Position numbers and translations under genes: made by a program. From assembly GCA_018499985.2 (NCBI GenBank), contig JAHBAT020000015.1:17059-81058 (forward strand): a DNA stretch of 64,000 nucleotides, written 5' to 3'. This stretch comes from Candidatus Moraniibacteriota bacterium. Lineage in GTDB: Bacteria > Patescibacteriota > Minisyncoccia > Moranbacterales > UBA1568. Position 1 is the stretch's first letter; each line of letters starts with the position of its first letter. This document shows positions 37,304-47,670 of this stretch, in pieces. Below the pieces are notes generated by a model. It was given only the letters and a program-made list of their open reading frames with translations, had not been told where the DNA came from and did no database searches.

Positions 37304-38419
37304 ATGAGGATTGCGATTCAGGTAAGTGATCTTGATCAGAGTCGTATCGATGGTACAAGGGTATACATACGAGAACTTATAAATAGACTAGGATCTCTCG
37401 CACCAGATGCTTTTTTTGAGCTTTATCATCAAAAAGATTTTCACCCTGATCTGCAGCCAAAAACCTTTCCAAATTATCAAGAAAAAAAGATTCCCTTTCC
37501 ATGGGCCTGGATGCAGACACGTTTTGCTTGGGAGGTATTACAATCCGCTCCTGATAAGCTTTTTCTTCCCATTCAAGCAGCACCCTTTTTTCTTGCAAAA
37601 AAGCAACAGGTTATTGCTACGGTTCACGACCTTGCTTGGAAAAAATTTCCAGAGACATTTTCATGGGGAGATCGTCTGAGACTTGATCTGCACTTAGCAC
37701 ATGTAGTAAGGAGAGCGGACAAGCTTATAGCTGTTTCAGAATCAACCAAAAAAGATTTGCTCGAGTATTTCCCATCTCTTTCCCCAGAGAAAATACAAGT
37801 TATCCATCATGGTTTTGATGGAGCTTTTTATCAAGAACAAGTGCCGGAGGAAGAGCAGGCAGCAATACTCTCACAATACAATGTAAAAAAAGAAGGCTAT
37901 GTGCTGTATGTGGGCGCTCTTCAGCCAAGAAAAAATCTCGTGCGTTTGATAGAGGCGTTTGAAAAGCTCAAAGAAGAATCACCAGAAGCCAAGCTTGTTT
38001 TGGCTGGTGAGGTGGCCTGGTTGGCGGGGGATATTTTGGAAGCTCAGAATAAGAGTATCTTCAAGGACGACATTATTCTTCTCGGGAGAGTTTCCTTTGA
38101 GACACTTAGGGTATTGTATCAAAGCGCACGACTGGTAGCATTCCCTTCTTTGTATGAAGGTTTTGGTCTACCTGTGTTGGAAGCTTTTGCAAGCAAGACA
38201 CCACTACTGACAGCAGACAACTCTAGCTTGCGAGAGGTGGCAGGGGAAGGCGCACTCTACTGTAACGGAGAAGATGTCTTGGATATAGCGATGAAACTCC
38301 AAGAACTTTGGCAAAATCAGACGTTACGGGAAGCTCTAAGGGTAAGAGGGCAAGAAGAATTGAAGCGTTTTTCTTGGGAAAAGTGTGCAAAAGAGACTCT
38401 TGACTTTATCTTAAAATAG
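37304..38419 (+). CDS. Glycosyltransferase family 4
   Basis: TVHDL, AVSESTKKD, VGALQPRKN, FPSLYEGFGLPVLEA, FSWEKCA. Confidence 0.95.
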   Translation: MRIAIQVSDLDQSRIDGTRVYIRELINRLGSLAPDAFFELYHQKDFHPDLQPKTFPNYQEKKIPFPWAWMQTRFAWEVLQSAPDKLFLPIQAAPFFLAKKQQVIATVHDLAWKKFPETFSWGDRLRLDLHLAHVVRRADKLIAVSESTKKDLLEYFPSLSPEKIQVIHHGFDGAFYQEQVPEEEQAAILSQYNVKKEGYVLYVGALQPRKNLVRLIEAFEKLKEESPEAKLVLAGEVAWLAGDILEAQNKSIFKDDIILLGRVSFETLRVLYQSARLVAFPSLYEGFGLPVLEAFASKTPLLTADNSSLREVAGEGALYCNGEDVLDIAMKLQELWQNQTLREALRVRGQEELKRFSWEKCAKETLDFILK

Positions 38420-38450
38420 ATGTATAATTTAAATAGAGTGCCAAACTCTT

Positions 38451-38478
38451 AAAAGCCCGCCTTCTGGCGGGTTTTTGT
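38451..38478. terminator. Bidirectional terminator
   Basis: AAAAGCCCGCC-ttct-GGCGGGTTTTTG between convergent genes. Confidence 0.85.
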
Positions 38479-38479
38479 C

Positions 38480-38911
38480 TTATACTTGATCTTCTAGGAG
38501 GGTTTTCCAAAAGTAGAAAATAATTACAAAGAAAGCTATAAGAAGACTGAGAATAGCCCACCAGGGAAATTTAATAAGAGAAAGACCTACGATACCGGTA
38601 CTCCAGAGTATAGCGAGAATAAAGAGGGGTTTTTCGAATGAAAAATTCTTAGGAAACACATAGTGAGCTTGTTGACCAAGATACATAAGTCCAAAGGTAA
38701 AGCCAAGCAGTGTCGCAAAGTAAGGTGAAAGATTGATTCGGAGAGAAATAAAGCCCGGTAAGATGATTTCAGCGGTCCAGAGAAAAAAGAAAAAGAGATA
38801 AAGAACAAGTAAGAGCTCGCAGGCAAGAGAAAAGAGAAAAGCAACAACAGGGCTCTTTCTGAGAGAGTCCTCTTTAGTCCAGAGTACGAATGATTGAATC
38901 CAGTTTTTCAT
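38480..38911 (-). CDS. Small polytopic membrane protein
   Basis: Four hydrophobic segments; co-oriented and tightly packed with the upstream genes. Confidence 0.7.
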   Translation of the reverse strand: MKNWIQSFVLWTKEDSLRKSPVVAFLFSLACELLLVLYLFFFFLWTAEIILPGFISLRINLSPYFATLLGFTFGLMYLGQQAHYVFPKNFSFEKPLFILAILWSTGIVGLSLIKFPWWAILSLLIAFFVIIFYFWKTLLEDQV

Positions 38912-38917
38912 AGAGTA

Positions 38918-40066
38918 TTATTGTAGGTAGGGGCCAAAGCGAGCAAGAAAGTTTTCTTTGACTTGTGAGAGGATAAATTCGAAGTTTTGACGATTGATAG
39001 CGGTATAAAATTGCGCTTCGTAGTATTTGAACTCAGTGTCTTCACTATTGTTACTGATACGCATTTCGTAGTCACTTCCGACAAGATCATAAATAAGAGC
39101 AAGATTTGCCTCGCAAGAAACGCTATGACTAAAAGTATCTTTGGTAGGAGTGCAGGAGGCAGTCATATCGTTGGTTGTCTGTGAGAACGTTATCGGAGCA
39201 GACTGAGTCAAAAGAAAGTCAAGATAAGCTCCCGGGAGGAGTTTGTGAAAGTGATCGTCTTGTACTATGTAGTATGTTTGACTATCGGTATCAAGGAAAA
39301 CTGTCCCATTGGGATGGATATCTCCTGAAAGAAAAATTTTGCCACGCTTATAAATACCAAGTTCCTCAGCACTTACTTTTTTGACATCTTCAAAACGATA
39401 ACCAATATTGGCAAAAATACGCGCACTACCAATAGGGCGCATGTCGGTTTCATTGACGATCAAGAAAACACCATCAGCATACTCTACGAGAAGACCTGGG
39501 CGGTAACCGATGAGAATATCATTTTTGGTAAAGGTATTAAGAAATTCAGGTGAGACAGCTTCGGCATAAGATTCGGGATAACGAGAGAGAAAAGCCTCTC
39601 GACTGACAAAGCGCGAGAGCTCATTGTTGCGAAGCATGTAGTAGGTATCTTCAGAGAGGTATACTTTTTCAGCTGGAAAATCTTTGATAGGTTCTCCTTC
39701 GGGTAGCCAGGTAGCAGCATAGCCATGACGTAGAGTGATCTCAAGCTCTTTTGGGAGAGGTTCTTTTTCTTCGAGCTTTAGACCAAGAATAGCCTTTTGG
39801 TAGAGTCCAGAGGTACCATCATGAAAGATGAGACTCTCTCCATTGGGGAGCTTGCCATTGGCCACAAATGAGCCATGGGTATCTTTGGGGACCAGAAGGT
39901 CATGCTTACTTGAGGTAGGATTTTCGAAGTCAAAAGAGTGAGTAATAATAGGAAAAAGGGAGCGAAAAATAAGAAAGCTAAAAAGAAGAAAGAGCGTCAC
40001 ATAAAGAATGACTTGAGCGATACGATAGCGAAAGAGGAGTTTTTCTGGCAAAGCAACAAAAGGCAT
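38918..40066 (-). CDS. Membrane-anchored extracellular protein with internal repeats
   Basis: N-terminal TM; three similar units (YYMLRNNELSRFVSREAF; VFLIVNETDMRPIGSARIF; YYIVQDDHFHKLLPGAYL). Confidence 0.7.
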   Translation of the reverse strand: MPFVALPEKLLFRYRIAQVILYVTLFLLFSFLIFRSLFPIITHSFDFENPTSSKHDLLVPKDTHGSFVANGKLPNGESLIFHDGTSGLYQKAILGLKLEEKEPLPKELEITLRHGYAATWLPEGEPIKDFPAEKVYLSEDTYYMLRNNELSRFVSREAFLSRYPESYAEAVSPEFLNTFTKNDILIGYRPGLLVEYADGVFLIVNETDMRPIGSARIFANIGYRFEDVKKVSAEELGIYKRGKIFLSGDIHPNGTVFLDTDSQTYYIVQDDHFHKLLPGAYLDFLLTQSAPITFSQTTNDMTASCTPTKDTFSHSVSCEANLALIYDLVGSDYEMRISNNSEDTEFKYYEAQFYTAINRQNFEFILSQVKENFLARFGPYLQ

Positions 40067-40073
40067 AGGTTTT

Positions 40074-41846
40074 TTAGTAAACTTGAAAAATCAAATCTTT
40101 AGTTTCAAAACGCTTTTTTTGTGGAAAAGAAAAATCATTGTTATCAAGTAGTGAGCGTTCAGCAAGGCCATCGCGGGTAAAGGTATAGCTACCCTGATAA
40201 ATCATTCTTTCACCAAATTTTTCGATATAGCGAGGGAGCTCATTTTCTGGTGCTATAAGGTAGACTTGATCAAAACGAGTGAAGTCAATTTGTGCGATGT
40301 CTTCTGGGTTGAAAAAGTAAACAGCCTGGCGTTGATAAAAGAGATTGAGAGGAGCGGTCGGCAGAGCGTAGCCACTACCAGTGGCATTGCGGTCCACAAG
40401 GATAAGGCTTTGTGAAGAAAAGCCTCGAGAGAATTTTTCGATTTGAGGGAGTAGAGTTTTGTCTTCACGAGCGCTATTGAGGGTGATATGAGCGGGAAGT
40501 GAAAAGCCAATAAGAATGAGAATAAAAAGACTAAAAAAGACTTTTGCTTGGCGGGTTTTTGCAAGAAGGAGGCTAAAGCCGACAACGGCGCTAAATACAA
40601 AGAGAGGATAGAGCGTGAAGTAGTAACGACGAAGCATCCAGGGGTGATCAAGAGTGATATTGGGCATAAAAAGATAAAGGAGCGTAGGAAGAGCTACGAG
40701 AAGTGGGATGAAAGCACGCCAATGTTTCTGACGCCAGATAATAAAGTATCCAAGAATACCGCAAAGAAAGAGAGGAAGTACTCCGTAGAGAATAAGAACG
40801 CCACCGACAGGAAATTGCCCAGAAAGCGTAGAGCCATTATCGCTACTCAAGATGGTACTTCCGAATCCAGTCAAAAATTTTTCGAGGGCTCGTCCAATAG
40901 TTTTGTAGTAAGGAAGATTAATAAAAAAGTTGCGAAGGAAAATAAAAACAAGAAAGAGTCCCGGCACAATAAGAGCCTTGAAGCGATAGGTGGAGATGAG
41001 TGCGCGAGTTTGTTTTTGAGTAAGAAGAAAAAGAAAAATAATAACAAAGAATACATAGCCTTCGATACGGGTAAACATGAGGAGGCTACTAGCAAGAAAA
41101 ATAGCAATGTAATGGGTAAACTTTGGTTCAGCAAGGAAGCGTAGCAGACTATAACAAATAAGCGTAAAAAGAAAAACAGCTAGGTTTTCTGTAAGAGTGA
41201 ATTGAGAAAACCACAAAGGAAGAAAGGAGAGTCCAGCAAGAAGGCTTCCGAGCGAAGCGTAGAATGGTTTTACAAAAAGACGTAGCAGCTCAAAGAAAGT
41301 GAAGAGAAAGAGAAAAAGAAGGAGGCCGTTGGCAATAGTTAGTCCAGCAATACCAAACAAGCTATGAAAGGCGGCTAGAAAGCTCGTGTAGACAAGAGGA
41401 AACTGGGTAATGACATCGCCGGTGTCAGTGTAGGCAAAGCCGGGAAAGTTGAGGGCCTTACCTGGTCCGTAAATATCAAAAAAGGTGTCTGTTGCAGGGG
41501 TGCGATACGTGAGGACGCTGCTCTCGGAGAGACGAATAGCTGCTTCGCTTATCGCTCCTTGATCACGACCACTAAGAAGGGTGGGGGTGGTAAAGAGAAG
41601 ATTACCAAAAGAGATAAGAGCCAGAAGACCTACTGTAAAGATGCTTGAGCGAGGAGCGTGCATCAGAAGGCGTCCCAAGAAAAAGAGTGAACTCAGGCCA
41701 AGAAAAAGAGTGCCGATAAAAATAACCGGAAAAACAAAAAAGTTAAAAAGAGCCAGTATAAAGAAAAGCCACCCTAAAGAGAGGATAGAAAGGGAGAAAA
41801 GAATAAAGAGAGAGCTTTCTTTGGTAGGGAGAGAAGATAGGCGCAT
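40074..41846 (-). CDS. Polytopic membrane protein, GT-C-like (ArnT/PMT-type) glycosyltransferase
   Basis: GRDQG loop after first TMs, QFP..Y, LTENLA, TRIEG, PWMLRRY; many TMs plus C-terminal soluble domain; start at MRLSS. Confidence 0.7.
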   Translation of the reverse strand: MRLSSLPTKESSLFILFSLSILSLGWLFFILALFNFFVFPVIFIGTLFLGLSSLFFLGRLLMHAPRSSIFTVGLLALISFGNLLFTTPTLLSGRDQGAISEAAIRLSESSVLTYRTPATDTFFDIYGPGKALNFPGFAYTDTGDVITQFPLVYTSFLAAFHSLFGIAGLTIANGLLLFLFLFTFFELLRLFVKPFYASLGSLLAGLSFLPLWFSQFTLTENLAVFLFTLICYSLLRFLAEPKFTHYIAIFLASSLLMFTRIEGYVFFVIIFLFLLTQKQTRALISTYRFKALIVPGLFLVFIFLRNFFINLPYYKTIGRALEKFLTGFGSTILSSDNGSTLSGQFPVGGVLILYGVLPLFLCGILGYFIIWRQKHWRAFIPLLVALPTLLYLFMPNITLDHPWMLRRYYFTLYPLFVFSAVVGFSLLLAKTRQAKVFFSLFILILIGFSLPAHITLNSAREDKTLLPQIEKFSRGFSSQSLILVDRNATGSGYALPTAPLNLFYQRQAVYFFNPEDIAQIDFTRFDQVYLIAPENELPRYIEKFGERMIYQGSYTFTRDGLAERSLLDNNDFSFPQKKRFETKDLIFQVY

Positions 41847-41996
41847 AGCGTACAAGAGAGAAAAGGTTACTATTTGTGGGTAAAAATATAGCCCCAGTAT
41901 ACCTTTTTTTGGCAGAGTAAACAACCAGGAGATTGGTTTGCCAGGGGATTGTTTTGGGCTTAGAATAAAGAGAGTTAACCACAAAAACAGATACAC

Positions 41997-44450
41997 ATGA
42001 ATCATTCTTTTTTTCTTTGGTATTACACCCTTGGTCTTAAGGGGGCATTTGTTGTCTGGTTTAATTTTGTGCGCGCAGTATGGCTTCGGGGAAATGTCTT
42101 GGATTTACTGCAGACACTTGTGGCGCCTTGGCATCGAGACAGTAGTCCGCGAACATGGGTAGGTTTTCGTCCAGGTCTTGCGTTGGAACGGTTTATGCTC
42201 AACCTGATGTCACGTTTCATGGGAATGATAGTGCGTATCCTGACGATTCTTGTGGTGTGTATAGGATATCTTGGGAGCTTTGTAGTAGGTGGTGTTTTGG
42301 TGGGTGCTTTCCTTGCTGCTCCAGGACTTCTTCTTTTGACGGGTGGTCTTTTTTTGACTGGCGAAGTACTTTGGTTTGGTCCATTTCTTTTGCTTACGGT
42401 TATTGGACTATCCCTAGCTTTCTATGGGTATAGTCATCGACACAAAATAGTTCTCGCTAGTGCTGAGTGGGAAATGGTCAGAGTGTCACCTCTTTTGCCG
42501 GCTATTTTACTCCGTCTTGGTTTTGCTTCTGATCAACATAAGGCCATAGCACAGTCTTCGGGTGCCGAGTTTCAAGAGTTACTTCGTACGAAGAGTCTCG
42601 AAATAAGTGACTATGCTACAGCGGTGGCTATAGAGAAACATTTTATCGAGAAGGCACAGTCTCGGAGAGAATTTTGGAGTTGGGAAAATCTCAAGAGACA
42701 GTCTCGTCTCGGTAAGAGCTGGAAGTATGGCTATACGGTCCATCTTGATAGGTATGCAAATGATCTTTCAATGGGAGATTACTCTACCTACGGTCAGTCT
42801 GACCTTATCGGTAAGGAAGGGACACTGAAGAGTATTCTTGAGGCTTTAGAGCGACCAAGTCAAAACTCTGTGCTTCTGGTAGGAGATGAAGGTATTGGTA
42901 AGCAATCACTCGTCCACTATATTGCTCGCCTTATTCGTGAAAACAGTCTCTACGGAACACTGTTTGATGATATGCGTGTACTTATTTTTGATGCAGCAAG
43001 AGTGATTGGTGACGCAGATGCTGAGGGGGCTGAGGCAGAGGATGCTTTGAGGCAGCTTTTTACAGAAGCCACTTTGGCAGGAAATTGTATTTTAGTGATT
43101 CCGCACTTTGAACGACCACTTTTACCTGATAACAAAGGGCGAAATTTTCGCGGTATTGTAGAAGAGTTTTTGGCTTATCCAAATTTCCGAGTAATTGGAC
43201 TGACAGATAATGCAGGGAATCTTCTTTTGGAAAAAGAAAGCGCCAATGTTTTGGGGTTACTCGAGGTGCTTACTGTACCTGAGCCAACCGAAGAAGAGAC
43301 CTTACTTATTTTGTTGACTGATTTTCATGAGCGTGAAAAAAAGGAGGGTATGTTTACCCTGAAGGCACTGCGAGGCATTATCAAGAATGCCGAGTCGCTT
43401 CACTGGGAAACACCTTTTCCGGAACGTGCTATCAATTTGACAGAAGCCATCTTAGGCTGGTCTTCAGGTAAGGGTATACACCTTATTACAGAAACAGAAG
43501 TAGATGAATACCTCACAGAAAAGACAGGTATCCCTCGAGGAGAAATTAAAGAAGAGGAAAAAGAAAAACTGCTTGAACTCGAGATGCTTCTGCATCAGCG
43601 CATTATTGGTCAGGATGAAGCTATTAAGCAGATTGCTGAGGCACTGCGTAAATCACGAGCAGGTTTTGGAAATACGAAGAGGCCTATTGGAAGCTTTCTT
43701 TTCTTGGGACCAACTGGTGTCGGTAAGACCGAAACCGCTAAAGCTCTTGCATATTCGTATTTTGGGAGCGAAGAGAAGATGATTCGTTTAGATATGAGTG
43801 AGTTTCAGACTGATGAAGCAGTGGATCGTCTGATTGGCTCTTCATCTAAGGGGATGTTTGGGGCTTTGACGTCAGCTGTGAACGAGTCGCCGTATAGCAT
43901 CTTACTGCTTGATGAGCTCGAAAAAGCTTACCCGAAAGCCCTCGACCTTTTCTTGCAAATTCTTGACGAAGGCTTTGTAACTGATGGTTATGGTCAGAAG
44001 ATAAATTTTCGAAATTGTATTATCATCGCTACTTCCAATGCCGGATCAGTCTTGCAAAAGCAATTACGTGAAGAGGGATTGGAACAAAGTGAAATTGAGA
44101 AGCGTATAGTAGATAGTCTTGCAGAGACAGGAGTGTATCGTTTGGAGTTTCTGAATCGTTTTGACGGCGTAGTTTTCTTTTTGCCATTGGTGCAAAGTGA
44201 GCTTGTTGAGGTGGTAGAAATCAAGCTTCGAGGTCTAGCCGAGAGACTCAAGGAAGAAAAGAATATTACACTTACATTTGCAGAGGGTGTTTCAGGGGTA
44301 TTGGTAGAAAAAGGCTATGATCCGACTTTTGGAGCCCGCTCGATTAATCGCTTTTTGAGTGATACCATAGAGGACCGAGTAGCCAGAGCCTTTATTGCTG
44401 GAGAGGTGAAAGAAGGAGGGCAAATATTGATTCGTAGAGAAGATATTTAG
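41997..44450 (+). CDS. Membrane-anchored Clp/Hsp100 AAA+ ATPase
   Basis: N-terminal TMs; NBD1 GDEGIGKQS with degenerate Walker B; NBD2 IIGQDEA, RPIGSFLFLGPTGVGKTE, DMSEF, LLDELEKA, EFLNRFD, GAR. Confidence 0.88.
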   Translation: MNHSFFLWYYTLGLKGAFVVWFNFVRAVWLRGNVLDLLQTLVAPWHRDSSPRTWVGFRPGLALERFMLNLMSRFMGMIVRILTILVVCIGYLGSFVVGGVLVGAFLAAPGLLLLTGGLFLTGEVLWFGPFLLLTVIGLSLAFYGYSHRHKIVLASAEWEMVRVSPLLPAILLRLGFASDQHKAIAQSSGAEFQELLRTKSLEISDYATAVAIEKHFIEKAQSRREFWSWENLKRQSRLGKSWKYGYTVHLDRYANDLSMGDYSTYGQSDLIGKEGTLKSILEALERPSQNSVLLVGDEGIGKQSLVHYIARLIRENSLYGTLFDDMRVLIFDAARVIGDADAEGAEAEDALRQLFTEATLAGNCILVIPHFERPLLPDNKGRNFRGIVEEFLAYPNFRVIGLTDNAGNLLLEKESANVLGLLEVLTVPEPTEEETLLILLTDFHEREKKEGMFTLKALRGIIKNAESLHWETPFPERAINLTEAILGWSSGKGIHLITETEVDEYLTEKTGIPRGEIKEEEKEKLLELEMLLHQRIIGQDEAIKQIAEALRKSRAGFGNTKRPIGSFLFLGPTGVGKTETAKALAYSYFGSEEKMIRLDMSEFQTDEAVDRLIGSSSKGMFGALTSAVNESPYSILLLDELEKAYPKALDLFLQILDEGFVTDGYGQKINFRNCIIIATSNAGSVLQKQLREEGLEQSEIEKRIVDSLAETGVYRLEFLNRFDGVVFFLPLVQSELVEVVEIKLRGLAERLKEEKNITLTFAEGVSGVLVEKGYDPTFGARSINRFLSDTIEDRVARAFIAGEVKEGGQILIRREDI

Positions 44451-44451
44451 T

Positions 44452-45639
44452 ATGAAGATTCTTGTTATTGCGCCGACGCCGTTTTTTTCTGATCGCGGTA
44501 CGCATATTCGTATTTTGGAGGAGGCTTATGCTCTTGAGGACAGAGGACATGAGATCACACTTGCTACATACCATATAGGCAAAGAATTACCAAAAGATTT
44601 GCATTCAAAAATAGATGTGCGACGTATTCGCCGTTTACTTTTTTGGTACAAGAAACTTGAAGCTGGCCCAGACTGGCAAAAGATTATTTTGGACTTACTC
44701 CTGATTAAAAAAGTTTTTTTCTTGGCGCGGACAAAGCGACCAGAGATTATCCACGCTCATCTTCATGAGGGAGTGCTTATTGGCTGGCTCGTTCAGAAAA
44801 TACTCTTCTGGCGTAACATTCGGCTTGTAGCAGACTTCCATGGAAGCTTGACCAAAGAAATGGTATCTCATGCCTATCTCAAACAATCAATGCTACAGAA
44901 AATTTTTCGTGCTGTAGAGGTATGGATAGACAATATGGGCGATGTGGCAGTGGCTAGTTCTTGGGATAATGCCGAGGAAATCAGTGCAGTGCGCAAAGAA
45001 GGGCAAGTCACTGTACTGCCTGATGGAACTCGCCTCAGAATGTTTGATGGCTTGCCAGATAAGCAAACTATTCGTGAGACATATGATGTGCCAGAGAATA
45101 AGGTGGTGGTGGCATACACGGGTGCTCTGATACCAAACAAGGGAATCAAGCTTTTCTTGGAGGCGATACCACTTTTGGCTACGAGATATACCAATGTGCA
45201 TTTTGTGGTAGCAGGCTTTCCTGTGGATCAGATTACGGATTATATAGCTACAGAGGTCTTTCAAAATCGGGTGACCATTGTTTCGCCGCTACCATACTAT
45301 GACTTGCCAAAGGTTCTTCGTATGAGTGATATCGGAGTAGACCCCAAAGATGCTTCAGTACGTCAAGCCAGTGGCAAGACACTGCAGTATATGGGAGCAG
45401 GTCTTCCGGTGGCGGTGTTTGATACAGAGAATAATCGTGAGTACTTGGCCGAGGGAGGGACTTATGCCAAAGAGGCTACAGCTGAAAGTTTGGCTCTGGC
45501 TATCGGAGAACTTGTAGAATCAGAAGAGCTTAGAAAAAGTCGTGGAGAGATTTGTCGTAAGCGTGCAGAGGCGTTTAGTTGGGAGCACACTGCAGAATTA
45601 GCTGAAGGTTTGTATCAAAATATTTTGAATCACAAATAG
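44452..45639 (+). CDS. Glycosyltransferase family 4
   Basis: IIHAHLHE, YTGAL...KG, K.LQYMGAGLPV, FSWE. Confidence 0.9.
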   Translation: MKILVIAPTPFFSDRGTHIRILEEAYALEDRGHEITLATYHIGKELPKDLHSKIDVRRIRRLLFWYKKLEAGPDWQKIILDLLLIKKVFFLARTKRPEIIHAHLHEGVLIGWLVQKILFWRNIRLVADFHGSLTKEMVSHAYLKQSMLQKIFRAVEVWIDNMGDVAVASSWDNAEEISAVRKEGQVTVLPDGTRLRMFDGLPDKQTIRETYDVPENKVVVAYTGALIPNKGIKLFLEAIPLLATRYTNVHFVVAGFPVDQITDYIATEVFQNRVTIVSPLPYYDLPKVLRMSDIGVDPKDASVRQASGKTLQYMGAGLPVAVFDTENNREYLAEGGTYAKEATAESLALAIGELVESEELRKSRGEICRKRAEAFSWEHTAELAEGLYQNILNHK

Positions 45640-45640
45640 G

Positions 45641-46813
45641 ATGAAACTTTTACTGATAAAAATTGGGAAGGCCTGGAGCGTACTTCGGCGCGATGGTATC
45701 AAGTCTGGTGGAAGGCGCATTTTTTCTGCTCTCGGTTCATTTACCAAAAGTATCCCAGAAGGAGAGATACTACTTGTTTCTGGTGGCGTAGGAGACAGTG
45801 CTCGCTATCGCACCAAACATGTAGCCGAAGAGCTCAACTTACATGGTTTTCGTGCGAGCTATACCGTGCAGGATAGCCCATTTTTTAGTGAGACAGTTGA
45901 GCGCTTTCGGGTAATTGTTTTTCACCGAGTGGTCTTTACTGAGTCTGTTGCTCGCTATATTGCTCGAGCCAAGGAGCTTGGACGGACACTTCTTTTTGAG
46001 ACTGATGACCTGGTCTATGATCCCAAGTATCTTCATCTTATGGACTACTATACTAAGATGAATAGTCTAGAGAAGAAGCTGTATGAAAATGGTGTAGGGG
46101 GAGAAATCCTGGCTGACCCGTATGTCGAGTATGCTACGACCTCGACGAGTTTTCTCAAGCGTAAGCTTGAAGAGCGAGGGAAGAGGGTGTTTCTTGTGAC
46201 CAATAAGATGTGTGAAGAAGATGTAGCCTGGGCTGAAGAAATTCGCATGAACACAAAGAGGGATGTAGATACTGTAAGAATCTCGTACCTTTCGGGCACT
46301 CCAAGTCACAACAAGGATTTCGCGACTATTACAGGTGCATTGATACGGATTCTTGGAGAATTTCCTCAGGCGCGTCTGGTGTTGGCAGGTCCTTTAGATA
46401 TGGAGGATATGCTCAATCAATACACGGAGCAGATTATTCGTGTGCCATTTGCACCTCGCAAGGAATACTTTGCTACAGTAGCAAGTGCTGATATCAACGT
46501 AGCGCCACTGGAGATGGACAATGATTTCTGTGAAGCCAAGAGCGAGCTCAAGTTTTTTGAGGCAGGACTTCTCGGTGTGCCGACGGTCGCTGTAGCCAAT
46601 GAAACATATAGGGGGGCTATCACAGATGGAGTAGATGGATTTGTAGCGGCTACCGAAGATGAATGGTATGAGAAATTGAAACTGCTTATAGTAGATACAG
46701 AGCTTCGAGAAAACATGCGACAAAAAGCACTCGAGACAGCATTGGCGCGCTATACGACCAAGCAGGCCACCTCACCTGAATACTATGATTTTTTGAGAAG
46801 TATTTTGAAGTAA
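45641..46813 (+). CDS. GT-B glycosyltransferase
   Basis: RYR, FETDDL, SGTPSH..DF, INVAPLE...FCEAKSELKFFEAG, ITDGVDGF. Confidence 0.88.
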   Translation: MKLLLIKIGKAWSVLRRDGIKSGGRRIFSALGSFTKSIPEGEILLVSGGVGDSARYRTKHVAEELNLHGFRASYTVQDSPFFSETVERFRVIVFHRVVFTESVARYIARAKELGRTLLFETDDLVYDPKYLHLMDYYTKMNSLEKKLYENGVGGEILADPYVEYATTSTSFLKRKLEERGKRVFLVTNKMCEEDVAWAEEIRMNTKRDVDTVRISYLSGTPSHNKDFATITGALIRILGEFPQARLVLAGPLDMEDMLNQYTEQIIRVPFAPRKEYFATVASADINVAPLEMDNDFCEAKSELKFFEAGLLGVPTVAVANETYRGAITDGVDGFVAATEDEWYEKLKLLIVDTELRENMRQKALETALARYTTKQATSPEYYDFLRSILK

Positions 46814-46825
46814 GTTTTTGGGAGG

Positions 46826-47021
46826 TTTTTCAAAAAAATCTCTCATTCGAGAAAGAATTTTTTAGAAATTTATAGAGTAGTTTTCTAAAGCAATTTTTCT
46901 TCGGGACGCTTAAATTTTCCTGCGAAATTTTTCGCTCTGCTTTTTTCTTAAAACTATTATCGACAACAATAGACCGAGCTTTTAAGAAAAAAGAACCCCT
47001 CTGAAAAATTCTTAGAAAACT
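46826..47021. repeat. AT-rich nested inverted-repeat element
   Basis: AGTTTTCTAA (46879)/TTAGAAAACT (47012); AATTTTTC/GAAAAATT; perfect 14-bp CTTTTTTCTTAAAA (46940)/TTTTAAGAAAAAAG (46980). Confidence 0.55.
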
Positions 47022-47044
47022 TCTGAGACTCCATACTTCAAAAT

Positions 47045-47088
47045 AAAAACAGACCCCGAGGAACAGATGTTCCAAGGGGTCGTGTTTT
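47045..47088 (-). terminator. Long imperfect hairpin terminator after orphan gene
   Basis: AAAACA-GACCCC...GGAACA-ga-TGTTCC..GGGGTC-g-TGTTTT. Confidence 0.7.
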
Positions 47089-47114
47089 GGCCTGGGTTCA
47101 GGCGGGGGTAGGGT

Positions 47115-47513
47115 TTAGATGATGCGGCGGTTTCTCCTGTAGCAGCTCTCCGCCTTCTTCTGTGAGCCAAACACAGGCCGGAGGAGGTTGTTTCTGGCGA
47201 GAAGAAGGTAGTGATTTGGATCATCGGCGGTAAGGCCGATCATAGTTTCCTCATCGCAGAGGAAATGCCTGTGAAGATGAGGTCCGCCGAGAAATTGATC
47301 CTGAAACAGGGCTTCAATGTCGACATCGTTTAGCGGCAGAGCATTGGCCGGAGGACGGAATGGAATGATAATCATCACAAAGGCAATAAGTCCCCCGAGG
47401 GCACCGTAGTACCACTTGCTTTTGTTCATCATCCAGAGCATTGCGCCAGCACCGATAAAGATGCAGAGCATCATGGGGCCAGCAGAACTGTAAAGAAGAA
47501 AGTTGGTAAGCAT
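47115..47513 (-). CDS. Orphan membrane protein (132 aa, GC-richer)
   Basis: Two N-terminal TMs; GGGAGAG RBS; own promoter and terminator. Confidence 0.7.
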   Translation of the reverse strand: MLTNFLLYSSAGPMMLCIFIGAGAMLWMMNKSKWYYGALGGLIAFVMIIIPFRPPANALPLNDVDIEALFQDQFLGGPHLHRHFLCDEETMIGLTADDPNHYLLLARNNLLRPVFGSQKKAESCYRRNRRII

Positions 47514-47532
47514 GGAAATCTCTCCCTGTTGA

Positions 47533-47594
47533 GTTGTAAATGTGCAAACTTGGTACTTAGATTATATTATACTCTTATTTTATAGTTTTGTCAA
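47533..47594 (-). promoter_or_regulatory. Consensus sigma70 promoter plus boxA-like leader motif
   Basis: TTGACA (47594-47589)-17 nt-TATAAT (47571-47566); GCACATTTACAAC at 47545-47533. Confidence 0.8.
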
Positions 47595-47670
47595 TACTTC
47601 AGTAAGATGACTTTTTGCTTAAAATAGAGCATAATAGAGAAGTATTCTTGTAATTCGTATTGATTTTTAT

